IMG/VR virus record: IMGVR_UViG_3300044591_002420
Location: 61,004-125,003 of that record
Source: a virus
Strand: one strand, 5' to 3'
DNA length: 64,000 nt
This document shows, in pieces, positions 62,501-64,000 of the stretch (positions within the stretch are counted from its first letter, which is position 1; each line of letters starts with the position of its first letter). Position numbers and translations under genes: made by a program. The notes under the pieces were generated by a model. The model did not search any database and had not been told where the DNA came from. It worked only from the letters and a program-made list of their open reading frames with translations.

Positions 62501-64000
62501 GAAATCTTATTGATAATAAATCTTATCTGAATTCCGATAACAATCTTACATATACTACAGATTCAAAAAGCAGTTCTGGTGCCATTGCAGAAATTCAACT
62601 CACCAAAAATAATAATAACAATTATAGACTTCCGAATATCACAAAAATTAATTCGGTAAACGGTTCGGATGCGAATCTAGAAGTATCACGAGTTGGTATT
62701 GGTTCTATTAAAACGATAACACTTAATGATATTGGTTTTGATTATTCTTCAGATTACACTGTTAGACCAAAATTAAATCTTCCAAAAATTCTAAAGTCTG
62801 AACCTCTTTATACTATTGATAAAGTTGAAGTCGTCAGTACACCTGTCACATACTACGTTCCCCCAAAACTGGTTCTTATTGATAATCACAATAATAAACC
62901 TATACTGGATGCGGTATTCAGTTATAATGCACAACAAGGAACTGTTGATATTATTAAAAACACAAAGAATATTATTGGGACAAATCCATATATTGTTCCC
63001 ACCAATAATTCTTTTGGTCTTGAGATCAGCAATATCAGTTTCAATTCAACCACTAAAGATGTTACGGTTCAATTAAATCAAGAATTTAATGAATTATCGG
63101 AATTCCCATTTGAAGTGGGTGAAGGTGTTCTAATTGAAAATGTGATCGTAGGAGAAAATGAGAAGGGTTATAATTCGTCTGGATACGATTATACACTCTT
63201 CACGATTAAAAATATTGATCCGAATATTGGTGGTATCGGTGCCACATTTGGATATAGTATGTCAGACATTCTTGAACAAAATGAAGTCTTAGGAATTTAT
63301 ACTGGACAAACACTAAAAGGGAATGCTGTACCAGAAAAATACTTACCAACTTTTAATGTTTCTGTTAATCAAACAGAATTTGTTATTGGTGAGAATATCC
63401 ATTGCGATGGTTCTAGTGGTATTATCGTTGATCAAAATTTAAGCAATAATTTTATCAAAGTTCTAACCAAAGATGAACTAAAAATTGGAAGTAAATTAAC
63501 AGGACAAACTTCTAAGACTAATATTATTATTTCCGATATTGTAGACTTTGAAGGTTATTTAAATGTCAAATCAACTTCTACCGTTATTGATGGTTGGAAA
63601 AGAGAAACAGGTTTCTTTAATAATAATTTACAGCGTATCCACGATAATGATTATTACCAGTATTTTTCATATTCTTTAAGTTCTGATGTTGAATACTCTA
63701 AGTGGAATGAAGTTGTTAGCGATCTGGTGCATCCAGCAGGATTCAAGAAATTTAGTGATTTAACTGTTTATTGTGAATCACCAGAAACCGAGTTCGCTAG
63801 TACACTTGATGTTGAAGTTACACCTATTGTTGATATTGAAATTGATCTAAATCTTAATTGTGTTGATAATTTTGATCTAGTTAGAGAAAATTCATTTACT
63901 ATTGATGATGAATTAGCGTCCAATGAGATATACTTTAATTCAACATTATTGCAAGATTATGTGGAATCCATTGGTAATAGAGTTATAAGTATTGATGACT
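56515..64000 (+). CDS. Giant baseplate wedge initiator (gp7-like), truncated by the window end
   Basis: Starts MKIELSSIVENQLPLYVREEY, has FYQSKGTEESF and YYQYFSYSL..HPAGFK; the same frame is still open at 64000 (>2490 aa); missing from the ORF track. Confidence 0.85.
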   Translation, partial: MKIELSSIVENQLPLYVREEYPLAAEFIKQYYISDNANKIVQNIDEYLDLDVIFDIPESTILLNSIDFDDDVINVSSTKGFPETYGLLKIDNEIITYISKTDTSFNGCIRGFSAVERAASSQLVFTDSNAAIHNSESKVYNLSSFFLKEFFFKIKQKIAPGFENRNLYSSLNQANFLKHLKDFYQSKGTEESFRLLFAALYGTDVKLILPRDRLFSASNAQYRVTKKLVVEALQGNPKELVNGTIYQDSDGFIPEARGTITYIEQIIRNNKPYFIISLDYDYDKDIDVSGSLKSEFTVHPQTLTLSTSEAGSSFIDVDSTVGFPDSGTLITKKIDDTDLVIQYTTKNLNQFLGCSGITSQIKQGSSIRLDSFAYGYNSNQEIVKLRVTGVLDEPQFIDNTNSYNPKEEFEIETLGFPSEDLRANNWNFNIPLSFNISSIELLDYSDLSYKVETIDNCVFSVGDNCVLVSPSSNENPGTVSNILNNNTIVASFDSLVNLELTHVLKKIITKTRFQDAPELDIYNANAQNTYIDSNKNVYVLSPSLPSYLFAELTTNTGKITFSGTFNNQINLPDNHPFFTGDIVVYRPENSANKLLSEGIYFIKKIDEKTIKLALSRENLYNQTYVEFSGTITNSTLEFFEFTGLNLTPKSIQPQNLIRELVTPRLSGQRNETPLAAVGILKNGVEIMNYKSQHQIFYGPITKVVATAPGSDYDIINPPTLTLTDQSGSGAILHPAITGSLKRIDLLYSGFDYIDEPSITIKGGNGKNASAKANLIEFEHIEFFNAITDISLTQENIGFSTYHKFRRGEEIVYNSNGQIPIGGLISSEKYFINAKNGQNVSLHKSQSDAISGINSINLTAKSTGLHSLKTINKKKKIGSISVLSEGENYKYRKNLITGINTSTGIIEVKDHKFESGELVFYNTTTTPSVGLSNNTQYYVNIIDKDHVMLAGINTIKTADFNYASNQYVGITSFSSSIQYLSYPPIEVEVKGRIGVTTFDSTTFNSEIIPIFRGGIVDVTLESGGDSYGSQDILDYSIEPKITITKGSGAQLKPIINKGKIIGVIIQYAGSNYISNPDIIVQGDGYNAVLAPIIQNGLIVDVEVISGGFGYTPEKTFITINSPGEGAQFKTAIRSWRINNFEKLYISNYFSEDDGVIANALNPNNGLQYYHLFAPRKLRSSTYSKNILNGVTVFQKDLQVDQNNKEIDSTAHSPILGWAYDGNPIYGPYGYTTSFNSTNIKQLKSGYTLKTNLQLGSENRPDQSIYAAGMFVEDYEYTAAGDLDEHNGRYCVTPEFPNGVYAYFTTFEDVASTSGAFVNYKKPKFPYVIGNSFYSKAIDFNFDPKSNQSQVNFSDLGLLRNTLPYNLKSNNTNYEGLLLPYEVKKAIFTIKTVNPSNINKIDVLYGGDGYKVNDTIELESNNLAKISKIRGKSVTGVACSENFVENLELLSKNSELIAYSATPHPFKDGDSLFFSSYGGKNTKQKVKIRENQLILSVGVQSSSITGIVTHFNVYGNLSEDDIKPNDVYKVGNEEIKILTVDNIGSRVWIERQYNGTSGINSFPVGFAFTEKSRKLIFSNNIGISSNIINNQYYFKPSESVGLGTTTTNRVFIGSPGVGATFIDIPARSIYLENHNLQTNTKLSYSAHGNQPISVLINGVTGALLNTFSSLYVARYNDNLIGLSTTPIGIGSTGSFIGIGTTTSLLSFTNFGDGSYHSFNTQYTSLKGDVIKQDIIVSAASSHNLSLEDNINLSVISGITTHIRLKYSDYNRRITSKEVSIQNVDIDNNILKFNEHSFKTGERVIYTTTSSISGLNNNGIYYVISINKFKLKLATSKYNAENLIGVDLQSGGSGSLSSINPPLRLERNSTIVFDLSDSSLGYVKNGFSYSAFSFDVYYDPELNFSYFNNGKSPQLNLTFSGSIGVNTDARATLKIDVFTPSFLYYDLKPLNREVPTVKYEKVIDINQINYNTLRIEESSLSGNYKIKSFGEDTFVLEPRNLIDNKSYLNSDNNLTYTTDSKSSSGAIAEIQLTKNNNNNYRLPNITKINSVNGSDANLEVSRVGIGSIKTITLNDIGFDYSSDYTVRPKLNLPKILKSEPLYTIDKVEVVSTPVTYYVPPKLVLIDNHNNKPILDAVFSYNAQQGTVDIIKNTKNIIGTNPYIVPTNNSFGLEISNISFNSTTKDVTVQLNQEFNELSEFPFEVGEGVLIENVIVGENEKGYNSSGYDYTLFTIKNIDPNIGGIGATFGYSMSDILEQNEVLGIYTGQTLKGNAVPEKYLPTFNVSVNQTEFVIGENIHCDGSSGIIVDQNLSNNFIKVLTKDELKIGSKLTGQTSKTNIIISDIVDFEGYLNVKSTSTVIDGWKRETGFFNNNLQRIHDNDYYQYFSYSLSSDVEYSKWNEVVSDLVHPAGFKKFSDLTVYCESPETEFASTLDVEVTPIVDIEIDLNLNCVDNFDLVRENSFTIDDELASNEIYFNSTLLQDYVESIGNRVISIDD

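Noticed and set aside
60212-63076. Short ORFs listed inside the gp7-like gene
   Set aside because: Out-of-frame or antisense to the long baseplate ORF

Overview
A 64 kb segment of a large AT-rich T4-like (myovirus) cyanophage genome, probably infecting a Synechococcus/Cyanobium-type host (inferred from the cyanobacterial-looking LysRS, AspRS and ClpS and from NtcA-type boxes). Positions 1-48 kb are a + strand early/accessory region of about 100 short ORFs. It holds ~17 LRV/HEAT-like repeat proteins with a fixed scaffold and hypervariable surface positions, and a kinase-LysRS-phosphoesterase-RNA ligase-Toprim-AspRS cluster. ClpS, a UvrD-like helicase and a degenerate NUMOD4-HNH gene beside a repeat-rich non-coding block are also present. 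The region is punctuated by ~33 copies of a 22-bp palindrome placed 30-31 nt before a -10 box. From 35.4 to 47.3 kb there are ten terminator/divergent-promoter cassettes whose reverse promoter reads a conserved ORF-less 'ACGG-N13-U-run' short RNA. That RNA is driven by sigma70 -35 boxes in seven cassettes, by the palindrome in two and by NtcA-type boxes in one. Positions 49-64 kb contain a glycosyltransferase-like gene, a minus-strand late cluster of proteins with T4 capsid-targeting N-termini (GNAT, ART-like, HEXXH protease) and baseplate genes gp25, gp6 and a giant gp7-like ORF running off the window. All calls come from reading motifs by eye; no database searches were run.
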